From assembly GCA_964016885.1 (NCBI GenBank), contig OZ024752.1, forward strand, positions 38,378,001 through 38,442,000: 64,000 bases of DNA, given 5' to 3'. This document shows positions 38,551 through 56,632 of this stretch, in pieces. The position numbers and the translations under genes were made by a program. Under the pieces are notes generated by a model. That model did not search any database and was not told the DNA's origin. It saw only the letters and a list, made by a program, of their open reading frames with translations. Each line of letters starts with the position of its first letter. Position 1 is the first letter of the stretch. This stretch comes from Eledone cirrhosa (lineage: Eukaryota).

Positions 38551-41500
38551 AACTGCTCTGTAAATCATCTGATGTTTTTACATTGAGCTACTTAACTTAC
38601 TGGTAATAAGCTAGTAATACATTACTGCCTACCACTATTTAGGGTTTGTATAAAAAATATATATAACTGCTAAAGGTTTTTGTATTTTCATAACCATAAA
38701 TAGTACAATTAATACTATTAACTGCTCCATATTGTTGAGCTGATATATAATATTACCAATATGCTAATCAAAGACCAACTTCCCATGTCAACCAAGAACA
38801 TACCAATACCATCCAGGAATACATATGTGAAATTGATGATCAACAGTGTAAATTCATTTATCAATAGAGTGAGATGGAGAGCCTTCCATTATGATAGAAA
38901 CAGATCTAACAACGTGAATAATACTAACAAATTTGACTCCTTCGGCTTTAAAACCTTTAAAAGCCCCCCTCATAACACACTACTTAACTCCTTTGAAAAT
39001 GACCTAGTTAAACTAGTTAAGAACATTAAATACAATAAGCACCATATTAGAAGCAACACCTTCTTAAACAAACTTAACACCTCCATTAATGGATTCAAAA
39101 CTAGTAATAAAATTATTGTACACGCAGATAAAACTAATAACATATACAGCCTAGATTATAATACTTATAGAATATTTATATATAATTAACTACATAAAAG
39201 CTACAAAAAGACCACCTTGAAAAAGATATTAATATAGAGGGATATAATATAGTGTCTAAACTAGGACTTCAGAGACTTACACAACCATTCACCCCAAACC
39301 CCCCTAGATTCTCTCTGAAGGACCATAAGGAGGACTTCATCACCAACCCCTCGATAAGACTTAGCTGCCCTTCCAAGTCCGACATTGGTATTGTCAGCAA
39401 GAAAATCTTGGATAAAATCATCCCACAAATTAAACACAAGATACACCTTAAACAATGGGGAAATACGGGTGAAGTGATTGAATGGTTCAAAGATATCAAG
39501 AATAATAAGGACAAAAAATTTATTCAATTTGATATCAATTCATACTACACCTCTATTTCCCCTATCCTATTAAATAAGGCACTTATCATGGCCATGAGCA
39601 ATAGCGACCTGACTAGAGCCCAGATTGATGTCATCCTTGCGGCCCGTAAAACCATAATCACCTTCGAAGACCAACAATGGACACGCAAGGATACGCACAA
39701 CAACTTCGACATAACCATGGGATCTAGTGACTCGGCGCAGGTCACTTATTTGGTCGGCCTATACCTTCTCAATGAAATCCATAAGGACCTCCCTTACATC
39801 AACGGTGCTTTGTACCGCGATGATGCACTTCTACTTATAGAATATAAAAAATTTAATATAGAAAGAGCTAGAAAACAATTGCATAAGACATTCAAAAACT
39901 TTAACCTTAGTATCACCATGGACAAAAACACTAAAAATGTAAACTTCCTAGACGCCACACTATACCTAGACTCAAAAAATATATACACCTTTCCATAAGC
40001 CTAACGAAAAACTCATTTACGTAGATACCAAGTCTAATCACCCTAGATCAATATTAAACTCTATCTCTAAGGGGGTATCCAATAGAATCTCTAGCCTGTC
40101 CTATGACGCAAACATATTTAGCAAAAACTCACAATATTACAATCAAGCATTAGCTAGATCCGGCCATAATATAGAAATTGAGTTCCTACCTAAGAAAACA
40201 CATAGCTACAACATCATCTCGCACAACGTGTCCATGAGGAAACCTAATAATAGGAATAGCAACCACAAGTACACCAAAGCGGAGGGTGCCACCGGAAGTA
40301 ACCATTACCACGGAAACTACTGTGGTGCCGTAGGAAGAAACAACACACCAAACACTAAAAGCAAAAATAGAAGAAGAAATAATACATTTTTCAACCCTCC
40401 TTTCAACCTAAATGTCTCCACCAACATACATAGGGCTTTCTTCTCACTACTAGATAAAAACTTCCCTCTAGGACACAAGTACCACAACCTTTTAAACAAA
40501 AACACTATTAAAATCTCATACTCTACGACGCCTAACTTAGCATACCACATAGCTAGCAGCAATAAAAATAAAATTAATTCTTACTTCCAACAAAAGAAAT
40601 CACAACAGGATCCAAACCTTCTAAATACCTCTGTAGCAAACAACCATAGTAACGGCAGTAACAATAGAAATAACACTAGTATAAGAAATAACACCGGGGT
40701 TGACAACCCAAATGTCCAAAATCCTATAGCTACCACCCAGACTTCTGCACTGCATTATAACCAGCAGACTAACACACAGGATAATTGTAACTGTAGAGCT
40801 AATAGAACCTGCCCTTTGGATAAAAAATGCCTAACCAAGGATATCATATACTCATGCACCGTCACAACTAGCAACTCTTCAGAAACCTATGTAGGCTCCA
40901 CTTCTAACAGCTTCAAAATCAGATATAATTTGCACATCCACTCGTTCAAAAAGCACAGCCTAGCCAACTCCACCTCACTATCTAGCTACATACACTATCT
41001 AAAAACTAAAAATAAACCATACACACTCAAATGGGAAGTGATAGGCAGCGCGACTTCGTACAAACCACCTAATAAATTTTGTAACCTCTGTATACTAGAG
41101 ACCCACAATATTATCTTCTCCAACCGTAACCTACTTAACAAAAAATCTGAGGTGTTTGCAACTTGCCAGCACCGCTTCAGACATTCCTTCCAAAACTTTA
41201 AGCCCAATATATAGCAATGTCGGACTTGAACCAAACACCAGGAGCACACCTTATACCACATACACAACACTAACTGATCTGGTATAACACAAACTACGAC
41301 ATCCCTCCGGAACCCTTCGCTGGGAGAATACCCATTTATACCTCTACGTTAGGGGTGACAACATCCACCCACTTGAACTGCACTACACCGCTCTATAGGT
41401 AATTTAAGCATGAATTGATTAGTTTGGTGGTGTTGTGCGGAGGAAGTGCCTTCCTTAGACAGATGAAAAACGATTTAATCTAGTAACGCTGTTGAGCAGT

Positions 41501-42696
41501 AGGACCAGGACGCTGAGTGCAGAGAATGAATGTATTGCAACTGCCGTGCGGGTTGTACATATATGGATGATTTGATGGTCAGAGTGGGGTCATGAGGACT
41601 GCGGATTGACCTCTGGCCGGCCCTGATGATGATTACCTTTCGACATCCAATGTAGCAAGCGATGACCCAGAACTTACCAGAGATCATTGTGTTGTGAAGT
41701 GATTCTGCAATCACCGCGCCTGGTCCTATGAGTAGGGTACAACCACAGGGATCATTAATTTAGAATCCTCGCTCATCGTCTATAATATTCATTTGTGGCA
41801 CCCTAGGATGGGGGTTAATTCACCATAATAATACGAACACCTTCAGCACAACTTAATAAACTACTCTATAGTTAAAACACCTTATGCTTTAGGAATTTTT
41901 TGGAAGTTGCGCATAACCATAGAAATTAGGGTTTATATTGAGACATTTCAATAGCTAGGTATAGAAACCCCAGAGTTACCTCCCCTTAGCCACACACACA
42001 CTTCCGGGTAGTATTCAATGTCATTTCGCGAAACGTAACAGCCTCCTGTATTGAACTAAAGAACATCGGACTACGATTCTCTAACTGGATTGTCAAACGA
42101 TCAATATAGAATTGCCGTGGATTATGTGAGGGGCATATAATCGAAGAATACACTCCCCTGACCATGAAAATGTCGAAGTACATGAGGTCCTTGTCACCCC
42201 TTCGGTGTGCATCTCCAATACGTTTAATAGTTTTAATGCTTATATCTTTTCTCCACACACAGACTATAACAATCATATAAAGAATTTCCCACCAGATCAA
42301 CCAACCTAACACTCTTCTTTACCTACCTAAGTGCTCCTACCACACATATCTCTCTGCCACACTATATAAACAAGACGCACGTGCTTGCCACACATATAAC
42401 ATTTGCACTATATAACCGCTTATCTTCATGTTGTATTTTAACCTGTATTTTTGATTTTTGATTGTACCTTCTATTATGAATGTAATCTCGAAGTGTGTAC
42501 TGCCACTCTAAATGCTGTAATGAATGTTGACCCACAATATTTGCATATGTATCGGTATGTCTCTTGGCTGAAAAGGAGGTCATATAACTGTCCATTCATT
42601 AATAAATTGCTCCGAAGAATCCAAACCTCGGTTTGGAGGAAACAGCTGTAAGCACAATAATGTTTTGAACAGTTCTTTGATTCTTATATTTCATAT
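38551..42696 (+). mobile_element. Penelope-like element unit 1 (4146 bp); RT+GIY-YIG ORF broken into 38761-39189, 39252-39998 and a 3' part ending 41214
   Basis: ADK, QFDI..Y.SI, MGS, YRDD, NFLD, SNHP RT motifs; CNCx5C linker; IY...YVG...RY..H GIY-YIG with CxxC and H. Confidence 0.95.
42607..42654 (+). ncRNA. PLE minimal hammerhead, copy 2
   Basis: Identical to 38461-38508. Confidence 0.8.
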
Positions 42697-43565
42697 AACT
42701 GCTCTGTAAATCATCTGATGTTTTTACATTGAGCTACTTAACTTACTGGTAATAAGCTAGTAATACATTACTGCCTACCACTATTTAGGGTTTGTATAAA
42801 AAATACATATAACTGCTAAAGGTTTTTGTATTTTCATAACCATAAATAGTACAATTAATACTATTAACTGCTCCATATTGTTGAGCTGATATATAATATT
42901 ACCAATATGCTAATCAAAGACCAACTCCCCATGTCAACCAAGAACATACCAATACCATCCAGGAATACATATGTGAAATTGATGATCAACAGTGTAAATT
43001 CATTTATCAATAGAGTGAGATGGAGGGCCTTCCGTTATGATAGAAACAGATCTAACAACGTGAATAATACTAACAAATTTGACTCCTTCGGCTTTAAAAC
43101 CTTTAAAAGCCCCCCTCATAACACACTACTTAACTCCTTTGAAAATGACCTAGTTAAACTAGTTAAGAACATTAAATACAATAAGCACCATATTAGAAGC
43201 AACACCTTCTTAAACAAACTTAACACCTCCATTAATGGATTCAAAACTAGTAATAAAATTATTGTACACGCAGATAAAACTAATAACATATACAGCCTAG
43301 ATTATAATACTTATAGAATATTTATATATAATTAACTACATAAAAGCTACATAAAAGCTACAAAAAGACCACCTTGAAAAAGATATTAATATTGAGGGAT
43401 ATAATATAGTGTCTAAACTAGGACTTCAGAGACTTACACAACCATTCACCCCAAACCCCCCCTAGATTCTCTCTGAAGGACCATAAGGAGGACTTCATCA
43501 CCAACCCCTCGATAAGACTTAGCTGCCCTTCCAAGTCCGACATTGGTATTGTCAGCAAGAAAATC

Positions 43566-45371
43566 TTGGATAAAATCATCCCACAAATTAAACACAAGAT
43601 ACACCTTAAACAATGGGGAAATACGGGTGAAGTGATTGAATGGTTCAAAGATATCAAGAATAATAAGGACAAAAAATTTATTCAATTTGATATCAATTCA
43701 TACTACACCTCTATTTCCCCTATCCTATTAAATAAGGCACTTATCATGGCCATGAACAATAGCGACCTGACTAGAGCCCAGATTGATGTCATCCTTGCGG
43801 CCCGTAAAACCATAATCACCTTCGAAGACCAACAATGGACACGCAAGGATACGCACAACAACTTCGACATAACCATGGGATCTAGTGACTCGGCGCAGGT
43901 CACTGATTTGGTCGGCCTATACCTTCTCAATGAAATCCATAAGGACCTCCCTTACATCAACGGTGCTTTGTACCGCGATGATGCACTTCTACTTATAGAA
44001 TATAAAAAATTTAATATAGAAAGAGCTAGAAAACAATTGCATAAGACATTCAAAAACTTTAACCTTAGTATCACCATGGACAAAAACACTAAAAATGTAA
44101 ACTTCCTAGACGCCACACTATACCTAGACTCAAAAATATATACACCTTTCCATAAGCCTAACGAAAAACTCATTTACGTAGATACCAAGTCTAATCACCC
44201 TAGATCAATATTAAACTCTATCTCTAAGGGTGTATCCAATAGAATCTCTAGCCTGTCCTATGACGCAAACATATTTAGCAAAAACTCACAATATTACAAT
44301 CAAGCATTAGCTAGATCCGGCCATAATATAGAAATTGAGTTCCTACCTAAGAAAACACATAGCTACAACATCATCTCGCACAACATGTCCATGAGGAAAC
44401 CTAATAATAGGAATAGCAACCACAAGTACACCAAAGCGGAGGGTGCCACCGGAAGTAACCATTACCACGGAAACTACTGTGGTGCCGTAGGAAGAAACAA
44501 CACACCAAACACTAAAAGCAAAAATAGAAGAAGAAATAATACATTTTTCAACCCTCCTTTCAACCTAAATGTCTCCACCAACATACATAGGGCTTTCTTC
44601 TCACTACTAGATAAAAACTTCCCTCTAGGACACAAGTACCACAACCTTTTAAACAAAATCACTATTAAAATCTCATACTCTACGACGCCTAACTTAGCAT
44701 ACCACATAGCTAGCAGCAATAACAATAAAATTAATTCTTACTTCCAACAAACGAAATCACAACAGGATCCAAACCTTCTAAATACCTCTGTAGCAAGCAA
44801 CCATAGTAACGGCAGTAACAATAGAAATAACACTAGTATAAGAAATAACACCGGGGTTGACAACCCAAATGTCCAAAATCCTATAGCTACCACCCAGACT
44901 TCTGCACTGCATTATAACCAGCAGACTAACACACAGGATAATTGTAACTGTAGAGCTAATAGAACCTGCCCTTTGGATAAAAAATGCCTAACCAAGGATA
45001 TCAAATACTCATGCACCGTCACAACTAGCAACTCTTCAGAAACCTATGTAGGCTCCACTTCTAACAGCTTCAAAATCAGATATAATTCGCACATCCACTC
45101 GTTCAAAAAGCACAGCCTAGCCAACTCCACCTCACTATCTAGCTACATACACTATCTAAAAACTAAAAATAAACCATACACACTCAAATGGGAAGTGATA
45201 GGCAGCGCGACTTCGTACAAACCACCTAATAAATTTTGTAACCTCTGTATACTAGAGACCCACAATATTATCTTCTCCAACCTTAACCTACTTAACAAAA
45301 AATCTGAGGTGTTTGCAACTTGCCAGCACCGCTTCAGACATTCCTTCCAAAACTTTAAGCCCAATATATAG
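43566..45371 (+). pseudogene. PLE RT-GIY-YIG open frame (601 aa); the N-terminal part from 42907 is separated by a TAA and frameshifts
   Basis: Uninterrupted RT (YRDD) to endonuclease reading frame in the ORF track. Confidence 0.85.
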
Positions 45372-46768
45372 CAATGTCGGACTTGAACCAAACACCAGGA
45401 GCACACCTTATACCACATACACAACACTAACTGATCTGGTATAACACAAACTACGACATCCCTCCGGAAACCTTCGCTGGGAGAATACCCATTTATACCT
45501 CTACGTTAGGGGTGACAACATCCACCCACTTGAACTGCACTACACCGCTCTATAGGTAATTTAAGCATGAATTGATTAGTTTGGTGGTGTTGTGCGGAGG
45601 AAGTGCCTTCCTTAGACAGATGAAAAACGATTTAATCTAGTAACGCTGTTGAGCAGTAGGACCAGGACGCTGAGTGCAGAGAATGAATGTATTGCAACTG
45701 CCGTGCGGGTTGTACATATATGGATGATTTGATGGTCAGAGTGGGGTCATGAGGACTGCGGATTGACCTCTGGCAGGCCCTGATGATGATTACCTTTCGA
45801 CATCCAATGTAGCAAGCGATGACCCAGAACTTACCAGAGATCATTGTGTTGTGAAGTGATTCTGCAATCACCGCGCCTGGTCCTATGAGTAGGGTACAAC
45901 CACAGGGATCATTAATTTAGAATCCTCGCTCATCGTCTATAATATTCATTTGTGGCACCCTAGGATGGGGGTTAATTCACCATAATAATACGAACACCTT
46001 CAGCACAACTTAATAAACTACTCTATAGTTAAAACACCTTATGCTTTAGGAATTTTTTGGAAGTTGCGCATAACCATAGAAATTAGGGTTTATATTGAGA
46101 CATTTCAATAGCTAGGTATAGAAACCCCAGAGTTACCTCCCCTTAGCCACACACACACTTCCGGGTAGTATTCAATGTCGTTTCGCGAAACGTAACAGCC
46201 TCCTGTATTGAACTAAAGAACATCGGACTACGATTCTCTAACGAACAATATAGAATTGCCTTGGATTATGTGAGGGGCATATAATCGAAGAATACACTCC
46301 CCTGACCATGAAAATGTCGAAGTACATGAGGTCCTTGTCACCCCTTCGCTGTGCATCTCCAATACGTTTAATAGTTTTAATGCTTGCACTATTTTTAATG
46401 CTTATATCTTTTCTCCACACACAGACTATAACAATCATATAAAGAATTTCCCACCAGATCAACCAACCTAACACTCTTCTTTACCTACCTAAGTGCTCCT
46501 ACCACACATATCTCTCTGCCACACTATATAAACAAGACGCACGTGCTTGCCACACATATAACATTTGCACTATATAACCGCTTATCTTCATGTTGTATTT
46601 TAACCTGTATTTTTGATTTTTGATTGTACCTTCTATTATGAATGTAATCTCGAAGTGTGTACTGCCACTCTAAATGCTGTAATGAATGTTGACCCACAAT
46701 ATTTGCATATGTATCGGTATGTCTCTTGGCTGAAAAGGAGGTCATATAACTGTCCATTCATTAATAAA

Positions 46769-46816
46769 TTGCTCCGAAGAATCCAAACCTCGGTTTGGAG
46801 GAAACAGCTGTAAGCA
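46769..46816 (+). ncRNA. PLE minimal hammerhead, copy 3
   Basis: Identical to 38461-38508. Confidence 0.8.
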
Positions 46817-46858
46817 CAATAATGTTTTGAACAGTTCTTTGATTCTTATATTTCATAT

Positions 46859-51193
<4,335 letters not shown>

Positions 51194-51232
51194 AGAATAT
51201 TCGTTAAGTTATGTTCCAAACACCACTATAAT

Positions 51233-52025
51233 AATTGTTTCTACTTTTGGCACAAGGCCAGCAAATTACACAGTACATTACTGGTGCTTTATTTTATCGA
51301 TCTAGTAAGGATCAAAGGCAGAGTTAACCTCGGCGGGATTTGGATACAGAACGCAACGGGCCATAACTCTATGCTGCAAAGCATGGTGTCTGACGCTCTA
51401 CCGATACTGCCACTAAAATAACAAATAAAAACAAAACAACTAAATGGAACAGAAAAATGAAAAAAAAAGAATTGCATCTCATCCCTGATAATAATTCTGT
51501 ATATATGTTTTTATTTTACTGTATAATATAGGTTTTATTATATAACAAATATGCCAGTGGATTGGCAGTATCGGTAGAGGGTCGGACGCCATGCTTTGAC
51601 GCATAGAGTTACGGCCCTTGCCATTCTGAGTTCAAATCCCGCCGAGGTTAACTTTGCCTTTCATCCTTATGGGGTCGATAAAATAAAGTACCAGTAATAC
51701 ACTGGGCAATTTGCTGGCCTTGTGCCAAAAGTAGAAACAATTATATAACAAATATATAAGATTAAATAGAAATACGTACATGTAATCAATTAATTATTGC
51801 TAGGAACCTTATAAATATAATACACAAATATATATATATATATATATAACTGTTTCTACTTTAGGCACAAGGCCAGCAATTATCCAGTACATTACTGGTA
51901 CTTTATTTTATCGACCCCGTAAGGATGAAAGGCAAAGTTAACCTCGGCGGGATTTGAACTCAGACTGTAAAGGGACGTAACTATGCTAGAAAGCATGGCG
52001 TCCAACCCTCTACCGATACTGCCAA
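51233..52025. mobile_element. Cluster of three SINE A copies (51233-51413 minus, 51555-51742 plus, 51850-52025 minus)
   Basis: Same box A/box B head and Deu/Nin-like domain. Confidence 0.85.
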
Positions 52026-52110
52026 TATATATAACGAAGGAACCAGGTGGACCATAACGCACCAAAGTACTCAATACTTAGGGTAGTAGAGTGGGTAATA
52101 GGAACTCGTT

Positions 52111-52168
<58 letters not shown>

Positions 52169-52364
52169 GGATCCGAGTCCCCCACGGTTGAACTCCTGCC
52201 GTTTCAACATCTAGATCCGAACTGTTCAGATCTAGCTGTTGAAACGGCCGAAGCTCAGCCGTCGGGGCCCCGAATCCTTCATATTACCCACTCTACTACC
52301 CCAAGTATCGAGTACCCTACCCTGATGAGTAATGGTCTAACTGGTTTTTACTGCTTCCATTCTG

Positions 52365-52406
<42 letters not shown>

Positions 52407-52586
52407 GACCAGAGATTAATATAGTTTTACAATAGATTAAAAGCACTCTACTGTGAAGTTTTCTGGAGTTATTAATATTATTCAAAATATTAATAAATGA
52501 AGACGTTCACATAATCAAAATATAACTGCCAATACTGGAATTGAACCATCAGCACAGTTGAGGTATGTCATACATCAATTCATATA

Positions 52587-52649
52587 TTTTATCTGATGAG
52601 GACGTACTGAAAAAAACCGCACAGTACCTCCGAAATATATATAATAAAA
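52587..52649 (+). ncRNA. Minimal hammerhead motif (family H7) in a fold-back element
   Basis: TTTTAT-CTGATGA-GGACGTACTG...CAGTACCTCC-GAAAT-ATAT-ATA-ATAAAA; its tail (52651-52700) is inverted at 52476-52525. Confidence 0.8.
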
Positions 52650-52710
52650 CTTATATTTTGATTACGTGAACGTCTTCATTTATTAATATTTTGAATAATA
52701 TATATAGATA

Positions 52711-52738
52711 CTAGCAGAATGGCCCGGCGTTGCTCGGG
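52711..52738 (-). mobile_element. Helitron-like 3' terminus
   Basis: Minus strand: CCCGAGCAACGCCGGG hairpin, 8 nt, then CTAG followed by T. Confidence 0.6.
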
Positions 52739-52778
52739 ATCTTAGACAGGAACAAAAACAGAGGCAATACAAATATGA

Positions 52779-52834
<56 letters not shown>

Positions 52835-52866
52835 AGATCAAAAGATGGTTAAAGGAGTTCCATGTA

Positions 52867-52933
52867 TTTTATTATGCGCATTTCAAAAACAAACATCATC
52901 ATGCAATAATATTTGTGTTTTCATCAGATAAAA
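52867..52933 (-). ncRNA. Minimal hammerhead motif (family H8)
   Basis: Minus strand: TTTTAT-CTGATGA-AAACACAAAT...GTTTGTTTTT-GAAAT-GCGC-ATA-ATAAAA. Confidence 0.75.
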
Positions 52934-53037
52934 CAGGAGAACATGATATGAAGGCTAAAAAACACTTGTGGATAGTGCAGTTTTAAATCAACATATCTGC
53001 ATTGCTTTATTGTACTACAATAAAACTCACCTCCTAC

Positions 53038-53073
<36 letters not shown>

Positions 53074-53154
53074 GTAGGATATATAATATATATATGTTGA
53101 TTTATTACTGCACTATCCACAAGTGTTTTTTAGCCTTCATATCATGTTCTCCTA

Positions 53155-53221
53155 TTTTATCTGATGAAAACACAAATATTATTGCATGATGATGTTTGTT
53201 TTTGAAATGCACATAATAAAA
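53155..53221 (+). ncRNA. Minimal hammerhead motif, family H8 (inverted partner of 52867)
   Basis: TTTTAT-CTGATGA-...-GAAAT-GCAC-ATA-ATAAA. Confidence 0.7.
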
Positions 53222-53689
53222 TATATGGAACTCCTTTAACCATCTTTTGATCTTATATTATGCATACTCCAGTCCCACAAACTGTAGAGTGCTTCTTATC
53301 CGATATCTGCATTGCTTTATTGTACTACAATAAAACTCACCTCCTACATATATATATATATATATATATATACCCCCCCCCCCCCATACGCACTCTCTCT
53401 CCAAAGCGTGAACCTAATAAACTACCATTTGTACTGCCTCTCTGTTTTTTGTTCCTGTCTAATATTTAACTATATATGGGGACTGAATTTTCTTTTTGAA
53501 GGACTACCGGCTTTTCAAATGTAGCTGTCCTTCTACCACTGACGGAGACCATCACTAATTATTAATATCGATGTAGTTTTTTTTATATCGATATTGCATG
53601 GGCATCCACTGATGAGTTATAAGGGTCCGCTTGTGTGTATATCTATGGATTATATACAAGTTTCTACATTAACCTGGACATTATTTGGC

Positions 53690-54056
53690 ACTACCATGCT
53701 ATTTATTAGCTGTCAGAAGTGAAAGTTTCGTAAACATCGCTTATTTCCGTATTGTGGAATTACTTAAATGAAAATATAGGTGGCCCTTAAAAGGGCCAAA
53801 TTAGAAAACAAGTCATAGTTATCAACATCAAATTTTTTTCGCCAACCCTATACATGAAATTGATAACCATGACTATGAAAATATAAATGATTAAATCCAA
53901 TTTATTTGATAACGATGACTTGTTTTCTAATTTGGCCCTTTTAAGGGCCACCTATATTTTCATTTAAGTAACTCCACAATACGGAAATAAACGATGTTTA
54001 CGATTGAGAAGGTTGACGAAACTTTCACTTCTGACAGCTAAATAGCATGGCAGTGC
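53690..54056. repeat. Inverted repeat (about 130-bp arms) containing a histone-stem-loop-like hairpin
   Basis: Arms 53690-53822 and 53910-54056; GGCCCTTTTAAGGGCCACC at 53934-53952. Confidence 0.75.
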
Positions 54057-54450
54057 CCATTATTTATCCCAACTTGTAGAAATCTTATAACGAAACGATC
54101 GTATGGAAGGAAAGAGAGATTTATTTAATTGTCTCATATAAAATAATACAACCAGCTATCCACGGAATACTGTATAGTTAGCACCCCAAACTAAATTGGG
54201 ATTATACTTAGGTATATCCTAATGTTTGTTGAGTGAGATGGAGTTGGTCAGAGTATCGCTTAAAGCTTTCTCTGGTAGTGTATTAAATATATATATGTAG
54301 GAGGTGAGTTTTATTGTAGTACAATAAAGCAATGCAGATATCGGATAAGAAGCACTCTACAGTTTGTAGGACTGGAGTATAAATAATATATAAGATCATA
54401 AAACTGCACTATTCACAAGTGTGTTTTAACCTTCATATCATGTCTCCCTA

Positions 54451-54514
54451 TTTTATCTGACGAAAACGCAAATGTTATTGCATGATATTTGTTTTTGAAA
54501 TGCGCATAATAAAA
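54451..54514 (+). ncRNA. Minimal hammerhead motif, family H8
   Basis: TTTTAT-CTGACGA-AAACGCAAATG...TATTTGTTTTT-GAAAT-GCGC-ATA-ATAAAA. Confidence 0.75.
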
Positions 54515-54550
54515 TACATGGAACTCTTTTAACCATCTTTTGATCTTATG

Positions 54551-54696
54551 TCATGGAAGGACATCGAAGACATAAAATCGAGTCATAATTGAATATTATC
54601 GTCCTTACAAATCATATATATATATATATATATGATTTGTAAGGACGATAATATTCAATTATGACTCGATTTTATGTCTTCGATGTCCTTCCATGA
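54551..54696. repeat. Perfect long palindrome centred on a (TA)n tract
   Basis: TCATGGAAGGACATCGAAG...CTTACAAATC (AT)n GATTTGTAAG...CTTCGATGTCCTTCCATGA. Confidence 0.9.
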
Positions 54697-54874
54697 TTAA
54701 GGTCGGTGACAGTAAATCGCTGATACCTCTGTTGAAAATATTCTTCTTCTACCTGTATTTAACGTAACTGCCATTTAGCAGTAAGTGTAACTAGAATGTT
54801 AGAAGAATGTAAACAAACAAAATCTCAGAAAGATGGAGAACTTGGCTCTTTTTTTGAGAATATATCGCAGATAC

Positions 54875-54937
<63 letters not shown>

Positions 54938-55174
54938 TGTATATATATATATATGATAGTGGTAAGAAACTCTCAGGAGAGCTGGATAGCAGAAGGTTTT
55001 TAGAGAGTGAATCCTCCTTCAAGCAAGTGTTTCGGTCCTTAATACGTGTTATCAATAGAAGTGTTTAGAAAGCCACTTACCATGGTTTTAACAAACCCGA
55101 CTTTACTATGAGAGTGCGAAAATCAAACTTAATCAACGTAAATATTTTTTTAAATGATAAAATAATTATCAAAC

Positions 55175-55624
55175 CTTATTGAACCGTGAGATTTCAAGTG
55201 TGGTGTCGTTGACATCTGATTCCTGATATTTTGTTGTTCTGATATTATGTGAAATGGATTCAATGTCTGCAGAATGCGAACAACTATGTGCGTGTGTTTG
55301 TAATTCTTTGATCATCCGTGTAAGTTGTTGTGAACTCATCGTTTCGTTAGTTCCGAAAATATTCATTATTTCATCCAAATATTCCCTGCTGATGTCGATA
55401 CCATTATTTCGACTAAGTTTAGAGAAAAACGAAATAGTCCCGATGTTGGGTTGATTATCAGAAGAAATACTGTTTTCGATAGATCCATTAGGTTTGAGAG
55501 ACACGACCAGCGATACGGGAGAGAGAATCAACAGGAGAATAGCGCTGACGTTTAATGAAAAAGTGGAAAGAAAGATGTTATACCGCTGTACACGGCGACA
55601 GTAACCCACACAGTCAGAAGACAT
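55175..55624 (-). CDS. SLC39A14: ZIP8/ZIP14-like transporter, first coding exon (150 aa; signal-like hydrophobic segment, ectodomain)
   Basis: ATG at 55624, hydrophobic SAILLLILSPVSLVVS segment, FGTNETMS..QL motif, AAG|gtttga donor in phase 0 joining the Cys of exon 2. Confidence 0.7.
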
Positions 55625-56632
55625 GATCAATGAAATTTAGAAGAAAAAAAGAAACATAAATAAAGAGGAAAGGAAAGAAGGGTTAAATGGTATGTGTGTG
55701 TAATGAATGGGTTCACTTCAGATATACAGGGAGTGAACGACCATCCATACACAGCGACCCGGCTTCGAATAGATATGAAAGCCACGTGCAAAAGAAAGAG
55801 AATAAAACGAGGAGTCACTTTCTCCCATGTTATGCTACATCGCTAGTAATCTCGTGTGATTTCACCTCCAACTCTCGTTGCCAGCTCATACTGCCACCAT
55901 TACTTGTGGGGGAGGGTTTCTTTCGTCATTGCAATTGCTAGTTTCACTTACAACACTCGTCATTCACACTTCATCCTCTATTTCTCATAATCATTACAAT
56001 TAACATTGTCGTCACGATAACCACTAAAATTAACAAAGTAACACTCACACAGACCACACAGTTACTCGATCTATTAAAAACAGCAGCTAAATTCTTTCAA
56101 TTCAATCCACACTCTTAAATTAAAAACTCACAAAGTTGGCCTAAAATCCATTGATAATTACATAGATATGAAAAAATAAAAACAAAATTAAGTAATGAGA
56201 AAAATAACGGGAAGGGTAGATCTGGCTATATGGGAAAGTAGAGGGAAGGGCTATAAATACAATAAATGAAGTGGGGAAAGCAAGGATTCTTTGGCGATTC
56301 TTGAATCAGACAAGGCAGGAAACCTCTATACTGTTTAGAAATAGCAGCTAAATTCTTTCAAGTTAGTTCACAATTTTAAAAAAGGGGACGACCCTTAAAT
56401 ATGAGGATCTACTTTCACAGTTAGTATCATTTTACAAAAATGAACGACACAATTCTACATTAACACACACATATATACACAGCATTCTCATAAATATTGC
56501 CTATACAGGAAATCAAAATGTGTATACATTTTTCTGAGATGTCAACATGAATGGACCTATTATTTTTATAGAAAGACATTTTTTCCAATTCTACCCCACC
56601 CGTCCCGTCAATCTACCTTATTTCTCATTCTT

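Larger units (their letters stand above)
42697..46858 (+). mobile_element. Penelope-like element unit 2 (4162 bp)
   Basis: Direct repeat of unit 1 with small indels. Confidence 0.95.

Noticed and set aside
39187-39252. Programmed readthrough or -1 frameshift in the PLE ORF
   Set aside because: The inverted fragment has GAA at the TAA position, the 11-bp repeat number varies between copies and there is no canonical slippery heptamer; decay is more parsimonious
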